In this document: piece after piece, positions 19,313 through 29,322 of the stretch
How positions within the stretch are numbered: position 1 is the first letter of the stretch
Layout: each line of letters begins with the position of its first letter
DNA from: Desulfurococcaceae archaeon
GTDB taxonomy: Archaea; Thermoproteota; Thermoprotei_A; Sulfolobales; Desulfurococcaceae
Length of the DNA stretch: 64,000 nt
Assembly: GCA_038888155.1 (NCBI GenBank)
Contig: JAWAJB010000002.1
Location: 192,001 to 256,000, forward strand
Direction of reading: 5' to 3'
The notes under the pieces: generated by a model
Seen by the model: the letters and a program-made list of their open reading frames with translations, nothing else
Database searches by the model: none
Told to the model about the DNA's origin: nothing
Program-made: the position numbers and the translations under genes

Positions 19313-21253
19313 GTGTACAATGTGAGCTATTTTAAAAAGTATCTGCTACTAAGTGAACCTGGGAAAAAAATAGTTCTACCGGGCAATTATGCTATCGCGA
19401 GAGGAGCATTAGAGGCAAATGTCGACGTGGTGACCGGGTACCCTGGAACGCCCTCGTCGGAAGTGCTTGAAATATTAAATGAACTGTCGGAAGAAATCGG
19501 CATTTACGCTGAAGTTTCGACAAATGAAATCGTTGCTGCAGAGATAGCTGGCGGCGCTGCTATGGCGGGATTGAAGGCGCTTGCGACTATGAAGCACGTG
19601 GGGGCTAACGTTGCCTCAGACTTTCTTAATACTGTGAATTTAACCGGTATTGATGGATCCTTTGTAGTTTACATAGCTGACGATCCGGGCGCATGGGTTT
19701 CCCAGAATGAACAAGATACTAGAGTATATTGTGAACTATTCCATATCCCTTGTCTTGAACCTTACTCTCAGGAGACCGCAAAGCTTCTTACTGTAAAGGC
19801 CTTTGAATTATCTGACAAATACAAAGTCCCCGTAATTCTGCGGACTACTCATAGAATAGCACATGCAAGTGGCATTGTGACATTGGGCTCGCTGCCGAGA
19901 TATCCGAAGGATCTACCCAGCGGCAAATTCACTAAGAACATAGAGAGGTGGTACTTGGGCGATATATTTGTACAAAAGCTCCACAAAGAACTGCACGAAA
20001 AGCTAGATAAGATTAAGGAAGAGTTTACAAAATTCGAGTCCAACTTTATTGAAAAGGGGAGCAGTGAGTTCGGCGTAATAGGCGACGGAGTTAGTATTAT
20101 GTACGCTAAAGAAGCAATAAGCGCAATGGGCTTAGATGACAAAGTAAGCCTCTTGGCAATTTCTACAATTTATCCAGTCCCAGACAAGCTTATAGCAAAC
20201 TTTCTCCAAGGACTTAGAGAAGTTCTAGTCGTCGAGGAAGTAGAACCCTATATTGAGAATTACGTTAAAGTCATAGGTATGGACTATGGTTTTAGAGATT
20301 TGAAGGTCTACGGCAGGGGCTCGCACCATATACCTATGCAGAGCGAGCTGAGTCCTGGCATTGTAGCAAACGCTATTGCTAAGATTAAGGGAATTAGTGC
20401 ACCCGCTCATCTAGGCAAAGACCAGTGGATGGCCGCTATTAAAAAAGCAGAGGAGAAAACTCCGCCAAGGTATCTAACATTCTGTCCAGGTTGTCCACAC
20501 CAAGCGACATTTTATGCGCTCAAAGTAGCGTTAGCTAGTGAACGAATAAACTTAGCAAATACACCAGTAATACTAGATATTGGATGCTATGGTCTCGCAC
20601 CATTTACAGCCGTCCAAATAGGGGATGTTAGCTTCAATATGGGCTCAGGTTTTGGACTAGCTATGGGATTGAGAATAGGGCTTTCACGAAAAGAAACTCC
20701 GGTTGTTGTTGGAGTGGTAGGAGACTCTACATTCTACCATGCAGCGTTGCCAGTCATAGCAAACCTCAAGTGGAACGAAACCGAATACAAGGGGATATTA
20801 TTACTAGTAGCAGATAACAGAATAACAGCTATGACTGGGGGACAACCAGATCCTAGCTCGGGTTATAGAGGCAATAGAAACCCGTCCCCTGTAATTCCCA
20901 TTGAGAACATCACGAGGGCTCTTGGTCTCGAAACCATTGTTGTTGATCCATACGATGTTAAAAGGACGGTCGGAGAATTTAGAGAAGCAATAAAGTTAGT
21001 TAAAGAAGGCAAAAACATAGTTGTTGTGTCGAGAAGAGGCTGCGCATTATATTATGAACCAAGAAAGAAGCCCTATTTTGTTGATTTAGAGAAATGTCGT
21101 GGATGTAAACTTTGTATAAGCTCATTTGGATGTCAAGCTATAAGGTGGGACGAGTCAATAAGCAAAGCAAAAATAGCTTCCGAGCTATGTGTTGGCTGCG
21201 GCGTATGTGCAGCTATTTGTCCCTTTAACGCAATAAGTTCTGAGGGAAGGTGA
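19313..21253 (+). CDS. iorA: Indolepyruvate:ferredoxin oxidoreductase alpha subunit
   Basis: GYPGTPSSE, MKHVG, SQNEQD, FCPGCPH, DIGCY, TPP motif GDSTFYH..DN, AMTGGQ, C-terminal 2x4Fe-4S. Confidence 0.93.
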   Translation: MYNVSYFKKYLLLSEPGKKIVLPGNYAIARGALEANVDVVTGYPGTPSSEVLEILNELSEEIGIYAEVSTNEIVAAEIAGGAAMAGLKALATMKHVGANVASDFLNTVNLTGIDGSFVVYIADDPGAWVSQNEQDTRVYCELFHIPCLEPYSQETAKLLTVKAFELSDKYKVPVILRTTHRIAHASGIVTLGSLPRYPKDLPSGKFTKNIERWYLGDIFVQKLHKELHEKLDKIKEEFTKFESNFIEKGSSEFGVIGDGVSIMYAKEAISAMGLDDKVSLLAISTIYPVPDKLIANFLQGLREVLVVEEVEPYIENYVKVIGMDYGFRDLKVYGRGSHHIPMQSELSPGIVANAIAKIKGISAPAHLGKDQWMAAIKKAEEKTPPRYLTFCPGCPHQATFYALKVALASERINLANTPVILDIGCYGLAPFTAVQIGDVSFNMGSGFGLAMGLRIGLSRKETPVVVGVVGDSTFYHAALPVIANLKWNETEYKGILLLVADNRITAMTGGQPDPSSGYRGNRNPSPVIPIENITRALGLETIVVDPYDVKRTVGEFREAIKLVKEGKNIVVVSRRGCALYYEPRKKPYFVDLEKCRGCKLCISSFGCQAIRWDESISKAKIASELCVGCGVCAAICPFNAISSEGR

Positions 21254-21873
21254 AACCTATGAAAGAGTCTAAGCAAGTAATTATAACAGGAGTAGGCGGA
21301 CAGGGAAACATTCTCTTAGCTAGGGTTATTGCTACAGCTACACTTATGGCAGGGTACGATGTTAGAGTGGGTGAACTATATGGTTCGGCACAGAGAGGTG
21401 GGCCGGTAGTTAGCTATGTTAAATACGGGGACAAGATATATTCGCCGATCATAGAAAGTGGGGCCGCAGATGCTATAATCTCGCTGGAAATAGGCGAAAC
21501 ACTGAGGAGGCTTAGCTTGCTAAAACCACAAGGAACAGTAATAATAAATAACTATTCGCTCATACCTACAGAAGTATCTATTGGCAAAGCTAAATACCCA
21601 ACACTTGAGGAAGTAATATCTATTGTGGGCAAAGTCGCAGGAAATATTTGCGTTGTTCCTGCAACGCAAAGCGCTGTTGAGTTGGGCGAGGTGAGGGCTA
21701 CAAATATTGTAATGTTGGGCGTCTTTGCACATGTATTTAACTCAGGTATCCCAATGGATTACTTTATAACAGCCATTAAAGAAAATGTTCCCGCTAAATA
21801 CGTTGATATTAACATTAAGGCATTCGAAAAAGGCGGCATGCTGGCGAGAGATTTATGTCTTCGAATCCCTTAA
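21250..21873 (+). CDS. iorB: Indolepyruvate:ferredoxin oxidoreductase beta subunit
   Basis: GVGGQG, GSAQRGGPV, NIVMLG; GTGA overlap with iorA. Confidence 0.92.
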   Translation: MKPMKESKQVIITGVGGQGNILLARVIATATLMAGYDVRVGELYGSAQRGGPVVSYVKYGDKIYSPIIESGAADAIISLEIGETLRRLSLLKPQGTVIINNYSLIPTEVSIGKAKYPTLEEVISIVGKVAGNICVVPATQSAVELGEVRATNIVMLGVFAHVFNSGIPMDYFITAIKENVPAKYVDINIKAFEKGGMLARDLCLRIP

Positions 21874-23300
21874 GAACTTTTTTCTACCCAGAGAGCATAG
21901 CAATCATAGGCGCTTCAAGAAATCCGCTAAAAATAGGTGGAATACTAACTAAGAATATTATTGAGGGCGGGTATAAAGGAAAAGTATACTTAGTGAATCC
22001 TTCAGGAGAGTCCATTTTTGGATTTAAGGCATATAAAAGCATTCTCGATGTCAAGGATAATGTTGATTTAGCAATTATCGTTATTCCGGCTAAATCTGTC
22101 CCCATTGCGTTGAGAGAACTTGGAGAGAAGGGAATAAAAGCTGTCGTAGTGATCTCCTCCGGTTTTGCTGAAGCTGGGAATGAGGGCAGAGCTCTACAGG
22201 AAGAAGTTGTAAAGATAGCAAGGCAGTATGGCATAAGAATGATAGGGCCAAACAGTTTCGGCATAGTATCTTCGCATATTAACTTAAATGCTACTTTTGG
22301 GGTGCCATTAAAGACAAAGGGTTCCATTGCGGTGTTATCTCAGAGCGGGGCCATAGCTGATGGAATACTTGACTGGTTTCAAGATGAGGGGTTAGCGTTC
22401 AGCATATTGGTTAACCTTGGAAACAGAGGAGATGTTAGTGAATCGGAGATCTTGGAGTTTCTACTGGAGGATGAAAACACTGAAGCTATTGGAATATATC
22501 TTGAGGGGTTGCCTCCTGGAGGCGGAAAAAAGTTTATGGATACGCTGAGTGCTGTATCAAGAGTTAAACCCGTTGTTATTTTAAAGGCGGGCAAAAGTAC
22601 TGCTGGCGCTAAAGCCGCCCTCTCTCATACTGGATCATTGGCTGGGAACTACCGTGTGTACGAGTCCGCTATTCGCCAGAGAGGGGGTATATTTGTAGAG
22701 GACATGGAAGGGTTTATGGATACGTTAAGAGCCTATAGCGGATACATTAAGAGGCTTAAATACTCAAAAATAAAATGTCAACATGTTAGTTGTTCGAGGA
22801 GTGCATCTACCAAGAAGATCGCTATTATAAGCAACTCGGGAGGACTTGGAATACTCGCATCTGATGAAGCAGAGAAAATTGGACTAGAGGTGCCCACGCT
22901 CCCAAGCAATGTAGTTAATGATATAAGAAAAATAATTCCCCCATTTGGAAATCCATACAACCCTATTGATATAACAGCTCAGGGCACACCTCAGGATCAA
23001 TACAGTATGTACACCAAAGTATTTGAAGTTATAGAAAAGGCACAGCTGGTCGATGGATACGTCCTAGTAATTGAGGGAAGCTACCCACCCGAGTTAATGG
23101 GCGTCTTAAAAGATGCAGTAGTGAATGATATACTTCAGAAGACGCCCAAGCCAGTTGTTGTTAATTGGTTTGCTGCTAAATCGGCTGTAGCTAGTTATAT
23201 CTTTGAGATCGAGAAAAGCGGCATACCCGTATACCCCACACCAGAAAGAGCAGTAAGAAGCATTCACAAACTATTAACTCATAGTGTAGTGTTGGAGTAG
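21855..23300 (+). CDS. acdA: ADP-forming acyl-CoA synthetase alpha subunit
   Basis: IAIIGAS CoA-binding, GPNSFG, SQSG, phospho-His SHTGSLAG, NPIDIT. Confidence 0.88.
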   Translation: MSSNPLRTFFYPESIAIIGASRNPLKIGGILTKNIIEGGYKGKVYLVNPSGESIFGFKAYKSILDVKDNVDLAIIVIPAKSVPIALRELGEKGIKAVVVISSGFAEAGNEGRALQEEVVKIARQYGIRMIGPNSFGIVSSHINLNATFGVPLKTKGSIAVLSQSGAIADGILDWFQDEGLAFSILVNLGNRGDVSESEILEFLLEDENTEAIGIYLEGLPPGGGKKFMDTLSAVSRVKPVVILKAGKSTAGAKAALSHTGSLAGNYRVYESAIRQRGGIFVEDMEGFMDTLRAYSGYIKRLKYSKIKCQHVSCSRSASTKKIAIISNSGGLGILASDEAEKIGLEVPTLPSNVVNDIRKIIPPFGNPYNPIDITAQGTPQDQYSMYTKVFEVIEKAQLVDGYVLVIEGSYPPELMGVLKDAVVNDILQKTPKPVVVNWFAAKSAVASYIFEIEKSGIPVYPTPERAVRSIHKLLTHSVVLE

Positions 23301-23342
23301 CCTCTACTCAAACTACAACATTGCTTTTATTTTTATATACAC

Positions 23343-24080
23343 TTAAAGTTCAATTTCGTATCCCGGATATGGTAGGTATACCTCAAGGTCGCCTGGAACC
23401 CCTGTCCTCAGTCCTGGGACATCTACGTAGTAGTGCGCAAGCGCGAGGCGCTTAACACCGGCTTTTGAGGCCACTAATATTGCGTCATTAATTGTACTGT
23501 GCCCATATAGATGCGCCCCTTCCACGTATCCCGCCGACTCGTGTATTAGTAGGTCGCAGTTTTTTGCTAATTCTATAAGATATGGGTTGTATGATGTGTC
23601 GCCAGAATATGTAACGCACTTGTCTTCAGCTTCAACTCTCACAGACAGAGTTGGTACAGGATGGATAGTCCTCTCAAATTTTAAATTAAAAACACCAATA
23701 GATAATTTGTTTGCACTCGATATTGGGTGCAGTTTAACTATATTTACATCCACACCGAGAGCTTTTAATACTCTAAAAAGATCCTCTAGGACTTCTTCAG
23801 CCACGTATACATTAACTTCATTGGACCTCTCAAAATATTTAGCAAGCATAATTAAAGTTGGAAGTCCAATTACATGATCCCCATGAAGATGCGATATTAT
23901 AATGCCCTCCAAGTCGCTTACCTTAAAGCCATGAGAGTAAAGAGCCCTACAAGTCGCTTCGCCTGCATCCAGCAAGATGCCTTTACCAGTTCTCGGTAAT
24001 ATTAGAATAGACAAGTGTCCTAGAATAGGCTTTGAAATCCAACCGCCTACGCCTAAAAATACTACTTTCAAATATCTCAC
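23343..24080 (-). CDS. MBL-fold hydrolase, RNase Z/BN-like
   Basis: SHLHGDH, YSGDT, LIHES, GHST, AHYY. Confidence 0.85.
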   Translation of the reverse strand: MRYLKVVFLGVGGWISKPILGHLSILILPRTGKGILLDAGEATCRALYSHGFKVSDLEGIIISHLHGDHVIGLPTLIMLAKYFERSNEVNVYVAEEVLEDLFRVLKALGVDVNIVKLHPISSANKLSIGVFNLKFERTIHPVPTLSVRVEAEDKCVTYSGDTSYNPYLIELAKNCDLLIHESAGYVEGAHLYGHSTINDAILVASKAGVKRLALAHYYVDVPGLRTGVPGDLEVYLPYPGYEIEL

Positions 24081-24326
24081 CTTATATAGCCAAATCAGGT
24101 AATTAAATCAAAATAACCTTTTTTGCACGTGAAAGTTAAGAATCATGATTGCAATTAGGTATGGCTATTTTTGTTTGGATTGGAAGTTAATATAAGTAAA
24201 AAATTCATCGATTATTTTACAATTATTAACTTAAATTAAAAAGTATCTATAGAAAATCGATCTTACTGTAGCTTCGTAGCAACATTTTTATTGGAGATAC
24301 ATAATGAAATGGTCAACGTTGATATT

Positions 24327-25004
24327 TTAATCAGCTCGTTTGTTTTTCGACAATTTATTTAAAAATGGATTCGATAATAGCTCCTCTCTTAATGTGGTCT
24401 CTTCGCCATGCCCTGGTAGAACTCTAAAATCTCCTTCTAAAGTTGTTAATTTCGCAAGCGACCTCATAAGATTTTTCTCTGAACCGCCCCTTAAGTCCGT
24501 TCTCCCAACAGTGCCTTTAAATAAAGTATCACCGGTGAAGAGGAGAGATCCGATTTGAAGACAAACACTACCAGGGGTGTGTCCAGGTGTGTGTATAACA
24601 TTTAATTGAAATCCATTTACATCAATTTTCCCTTCTTGGCTTATTGGTTTTATGTTCGTAGGCTTATTGAATTTCTTTCTATATTGTACCAAGCCTAGTA
24701 TGCCAGATCTATTCATTATTCCCACGTCGGCCTCGTGAATAATAACTGGGGCATTATATTCACCAGATAAGTCTCCTGAGTGGTAAACATGGTCAAAGTG
24801 CCCATGTGTTGCTATAATGAATGCAATAATGCGCAGGCCTAAATTTTTAATGGCGTTTTCAATAATCTCAATCTCTGCTCCTGGGTCAATTATAAAGCCT
24901 AGATCTCCTCTATAAACAATGTAAGTGTTTGTGGCCAGAGGTCCACCGGTTACTCTCAAGTATGATATCTCCAATTCGCCATTCACCTGCCAATCTATAA
25001 TCAA
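24327..25004 (-). CDS. MBL-fold hydrolase, glyoxalase II-like
   Basis: THGHFDH, HTPGHTPGS, TGDTLF..GRTD, PGHG. Confidence 0.9.
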   Translation of the reverse strand: MIIDWQVNGELEISYLRVTGGPLATNTYIVYRGDLGFIIDPGAEIEIIENAIKNLGLRIIAFIIATHGHFDHVYHSGDLSGEYNAPVIIHEADVGIMNRSGILGLVQYRKKFNKPTNIKPISQEGKIDVNGFQLNVIHTPGHTPGSVCLQIGSLLFTGDTLFKGTVGRTDLRGGSEKNLMRSLAKLTTLEGDFRVLPGHGEETTLREELLSNPFLNKLSKNKRAD

Positions 25005-25067
25005 TAACTACGTCGCTCTATTATCCTTAAAACTGCCCAGTTTAAATGAAGCTAAACACAATCGACT

Positions 25068-26717
25068 TTACTCAACTTGAGAAGGAGATAGTTCACTTAT
25101 TTTAATTGGTTCAAATAGGTTTTGTTGTTTTTGAAAATGTTGGAGTAATTCAAGCTCCCCGATCTCGGTCACGCTCTTATAAGCTCTAACACAGTCTTCC
25201 AAAACTCTTCTTTCGACTTCTCCTTTCTTGAGTCTTATAGTGATTTTAATGCCCTCAATAGGTATCATAACAAATCCCAAGGCATGCTTGTGAATATTCC
25301 TGGCGAAGTATTTCACCGCGTTCTTTATAAGTTGTTCTTTGATTTTATTTTTCTCAAAAGTCGTATGGACCACCCTACTCCTCAAGCTCCACAAAGTCTT
25401 TCTAATGAAATACGAGTAACTTGCAAATCTCTGAGTTATAAATAACTTGAATGGAGAGACGCGACCTTTAATTATAGGCGTTAAACAGTCATACAAGTCA
25501 AAATCTGATGATATAAGGGTACCATCCCTTACCGCACTTTCAAAAGCGTCTGTCCCGGGAAGGGGTGTGTATATTGAAAAGTGGGCTACATCTAGCCCGT
25601 ATTTAATTAAACCGTAAGCGTACTTTATAGTTCTTTTGATCGATTTGATATCTTCGTAGGGAGCCCCCAAAACAAAACCAGCGTATACTATTATACCTGC
25701 TTTTGAGAGTAATTGTACTGCTCTAATTCCTATATCCGTGTTATTCCCCTTTCTCATTCTCTTCAAAGTCTCTGGATCTCCACTCTCGATTCCTAGAAAA
25801 GAGATACGAATGCCCGCCTCTTTTAATTCATTAATTAGCCATGGATTTTTAACTATCAGATCTGCCCTTAATTGAACGATTCCTTTCATCTCTCGACCAT
25901 ACAACTCTCGAAGTTTATTTAGCAAATTCAACTTGGTAATAATTCCTGTCTTGGTTGGCACTATGAAGTTATCATCAACAAAGAATAACCACTTAAAACC
26001 CAATTGAAAAATTCTCCTAATTTCTTCAATGACTCTATCTACACTCTTTAACCTCCACCTCGCTCCCCACATTTTAGTGACCGAGCAGAAATCGCACCTA
26101 TAAGGACACCCTCGTGAAGTCTCCACAGGCGCAACTGGTGCATTAGACTCTAATATGTCTATACCATAAAGCTCCTTTTGATAGATCTCATATTTTGGAA
26201 TGGGGAGCTCGTCTAGGTTTTCTATAAATTTTCTCATCCCGGTTGTCTTTATTATCCCATGTTCCCTAAATGCTATACCCTTGATATTAAAGGGGGCCTC
26301 TCCTTCTTTAGTTCTTCTCAGGATATCCCTGAAGGTCTCTTCTCCTTCGCCAAGGACTACGAGGTCAACAACGCCGCTATTGAGGATCAGAGGATACGTA
26401 AAGGTGGCGTGATGTCCACCAGATATAATAAGCGGATTAATAGCTCTCTTTAAGGTCCTTGCTACTTCTAAGCTGGCATTATGACTCGTTGAGCTATTCA
26501 TTACAAAGCCAACGATGTCAGGATCGTAAGTTATAGCTACATCGACCAATTCATCGGCTTTTAGATTAAGGGCCAAGCTGTCAACAAACTTTACATCATA
26601 CCCTTCTCTCTCGGCTATCGCCGCTAAATAGGCTACAGAAAGCGGAGGTATTCTAAAACCAAACACATCAGAGTAAATGCTCTTAGAACTACTTACTAGG
26701 GTAAGCAACACTCTCAT
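25068..26717 (-). CDS. B12-binding-domain radical SAM protein
   Basis: PPLSVAYLAA, GGHHAT, GEGE, SRGCPYRCDFC, GIESG, TPLPGT. Confidence 0.9.
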   Translation of the reverse strand: MRVLLTLVSSSKSIYSDVFGFRIPPLSVAYLAAIAEREGYDVKFVDSLALNLKADELVDVAITYDPDIVGFVMNSSTSHNASLEVARTLKRAINPLIISGGHHATFTYPLILNSGVVDLVVLGEGEETFRDILRRTKEGEAPFNIKGIAFREHGIIKTTGMRKFIENLDELPIPKYEIYQKELYGIDILESNAPVAPVETSRGCPYRCDFCSVTKMWGARWRLKSVDRVIEEIRRIFQLGFKWLFFVDDNFIVPTKTGIITKLNLLNKLRELYGREMKGIVQLRADLIVKNPWLINELKEAGIRISFLGIESGDPETLKRMRKGNNTDIGIRAVQLLSKAGIIVYAGFVLGAPYEDIKSIKRTIKYAYGLIKYGLDVAHFSIYTPLPGTDAFESAVRDGTLISSDFDLYDCLTPIIKGRVSPFKLFITQRFASYSYFIRKTLWSLRSRVVHTTFEKNKIKEQLIKNAVKYFARNIHKHALGFVMIPIEGIKITIRLKKGEVERRVLEDCVRAYKSVTEIGELELLQHFQKQQNLFEPIKISELSPSQVE

Positions 26718-26886
26718 GGATGAGAGCCTCTTCGTTAATATTGTTTATTATAATTCTTAATATTTCTTAGACTGTTGTTGGAAGAGGTTTGCATTTTTGC
26801 CTTGAAATATTGTTCCCGTAGATGTTAAGTAAATCTTAAGGATCTTCAATATAAAAAATATAAATTATAGCGCTATTTAAAAGGTA

Positions 26887-28272
26887 TTAAAGCAACAATT
26901 TATTGGCGCACTTGTTAACTTTATCAACTATATCATTCAATTTTTGGATATCATCGTCGAGAGATATATGGTATCGCCTCGTCAACTCTCCAATATGCTT
27001 AGTAATGTACTTGTCTTTTAGTAAGTGGCACAGGTCTACACCTAGTGATGCTAGTACAGCACGATAATCTGTTGCATTTTTTAGAGCTTTAGCGACTTCA
27101 AAATATATCTCTCTTGCTGGCTTGCCCTCCCTTGTTGAGAGCTCCTCTACTAACTCGCTGCTCCAGCATGGTTTTTCTGCCAGTACCTTTTCAATTAATT
27201 CGCCGTTTATTTTAATTCCCTTGATAAAATCTGAAACTACATCAATCACGTCGTTAGTCTTATTAAATGCCTCCATGAGAAGGGCATTTATTTCCTGTAG
27301 CTCTAAGTTGTATCCGTATGGAAGAGAACTGTAAAGCGATAATGATGATGTAAGCAGACCTATTGCCTTATATGCATTTGCCCTAGTTATCTCCATTGTG
27401 ACAAGGTTTTTCTTGTGTGGCATAATGCTGCTCGTGGCAATGTGCTCTAGCGGAGCCTTGACTCCCTCTGGTATAGTTGCATTTAAAATTAGCATATCTT
27501 CGGCAAACCTGCTTATCTCAGTTAAAAGTATAGTGACAAGCGACAGTGGGTATATTAGAAATAGCCTAGAGCCGGTGGCAAAATATGGAGGGAGAGGCTC
27601 GCTATAAAGGCATAGGGTCTCGGATAGCTTATTAAAATCAGGTTCTATCATGCTACCAGCTGCGGGACCGCTTCCCAACGGATTTTCGTCTATTAAAGAG
27701 AGAGATGCTGCAAGCAGTTGCCAAATGCGAGTGAATGTGTGTTCATATGAAAGGAAGTATATAGATGCTGTACCCCCTTGAGCTAATTGCCTATGAGTAA
27801 AGTACGGCATGTTGATCTCTTGGTACTCAATAGCCTTTTCAAGCATAATGCGCCTCAATTCGAGGAGCTTGTATAGAACTTCGATTACCCTCTCTCTTGT
27901 AAATAGCCTTAAAACGGCTGCGACGTGATCGTTTCTGCTGCGTCCCAATGCTAAATATCCTGCTAAAGGCCCAACCTCCTTATATAAATAAGCCTCTATA
28001 GCTTCGAAAAAGTCCTCAAATACGTGACCTTCCTTCTCAATCCACTCATAGACATTTTTTGCGTTCAGCTGTATTGTCTCTCTTAGGATGTTAACCAGCT
28101 TATTGAGTTCTTCGCCCTTAGGTACAAGTCCCTTGGCTTCGAGACTCCTTAAGTGAGCTAGTATGACCATGGCTATGTGTTTTGCTATGTATTTGTCTTG
28201 CTCTAAGCTAGAAGTATATTTTTCAACTGGTAGCTTAGACTCGCCCAAAAACGATCTATATCTAATTACCAT
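26887..28272 (-). CDS. argH: Argininosuccinate lyase (fumarase/aspartase superfamily)
   Basis: GRSRND, MPYFTHRQLAQ, PLGSG, signature SSIMPHKKN, GYNLELQE. Confidence 0.8.
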   Translation of the reverse strand: MVIRYRSFLGESKLPVEKYTSSLEQDKYIAKHIAMVILAHLRSLEAKGLVPKGEELNKLVNILRETIQLNAKNVYEWIEKEGHVFEDFFEAIEAYLYKEVGPLAGYLALGRSRNDHVAAVLRLFTRERVIEVLYKLLELRRIMLEKAIEYQEINMPYFTHRQLAQGGTASIYFLSYEHTFTRIWQLLAASLSLIDENPLGSGPAAGSMIEPDFNKLSETLCLYSEPLPPYFATGSRLFLIYPLSLVTILLTEISRFAEDMLILNATIPEGVKAPLEHIATSSIMPHKKNLVTMEITRANAYKAIGLLTSSLSLYSSLPYGYNLELQEINALLMEAFNKTNDVIDVVSDFIKGIKINGELIEKVLAEKPCWSSELVEELSTREGKPAREIYFEVAKALKNATDYRAVLASLGVDLCHLLKDKYITKHIGELTRRYHISLDDDIQKLNDIVDKVNKCANKLLL

Positions 28273-28432
28273 ACTTACCCCTTTGACTTATATGAATTAT
28301 ATTTTTCAATTATAAGTTTAAATAAAATCATGCATCTCATCAGGTGTTCTTATGGAGGACCTGTAAATGCAGATCCTGGATTGTGTGTGTTTTTACCTCC
28401 TCTACTCTATATAATATGTTACGTGTATCCCC

Positions 28433-29128
28433 ATGGAGCATGAAAGCATATCAAAATTAGTAGAAGAGGTATTAAAGAGCGATCCAGCAATAACCAAGTG
28501 CCTAGAAATGGGCATAGTAAATTACTCGAAATTGGCTAGGAGGCTAAAATCAGTGTTATCCAAGACAATAAGTCGAGATATTTCGCTTGAGTCAATAAAA
28601 ATGGCTTTGATTAGGCTACAGGCGAAGGGAGGCATCTTTCAACCTGTTAGTAAAGAGGCTTTGAGCGTTATTGCTAGATCAAGAGTTGAGGTAAGAACAG
28701 GCGTTGTAATAATAATTGTAGGCGCTGGTCTACTGCAAAAAGCCCTCTCAGTAGCATCGGAGATATCGCCTAAAGCTAGGTATATTGCAATAATGCACAG
28801 TGGCATGACTGCTACGATAGTCCTCGACGAGTCCTCGGCAAACACCTTACTAAGACTAATAGATAATCAAAGCGTTATAGAAATTCAGCGCGATCATGCG
28901 GCACTAGTAGTTATCAGCCCTCCAGATATTACATGGGTTCCAGGAGTAGTAGCATATATAACAAACATACTAGCTAACCATGGAATTAATATCCTGCATA
29001 TAGAGTCTTGCTACACAGACACTGTCATGGTTGTAACTAAGAAGGATTTGATCCCAGCGTTTAACGTACTAGTGAAACACATTGAAATAGCAAAAGCCCT
29101 TCTCATGGGAACAGAAAAACATTCATAG
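28433..29128 (+). CDS. ACT-domain regulatory protein with N-terminal HTH-like region
   Basis: VNYSKLARRL..IKMALIR N-terminus; ACT PGVVAYITNILANHGINI..IESCYTDT. Confidence 0.8.
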   Translation: MEHESISKLVEEVLKSDPAITKCLEMGIVNYSKLARRLKSVLSKTISRDISLESIKMALIRLQAKGGIFQPVSKEALSVIARSRVEVRTGVVIIIVGAGLLQKALSVASEISPKARYIAIMHSGMTATIVLDESSANTLLRLIDNQSVIEIQRDHAALVVISPPDITWVPGVVAYITNILANHGINILHIESCYTDTVMVVTKKDLIPAFNVLVKHIEIAKALLMGTEKHS

Positions 29129-29322
29129 GAGAAGAGTGTAGCCGGAGAACACCTCGAAAGATTTTGATCAGATTATCTGAGGGACTGAAACCAACGCGAG
29201 TTTCAAAAAGTGAGTTAAACGAAGGCCATCAACATACCAAGATTTATATTAATCTAATACAGGTTCTTTAAACAAGTCCATGGACCCTAACTATATATTA
29301 TTACTGGCATATGATTGAATAG

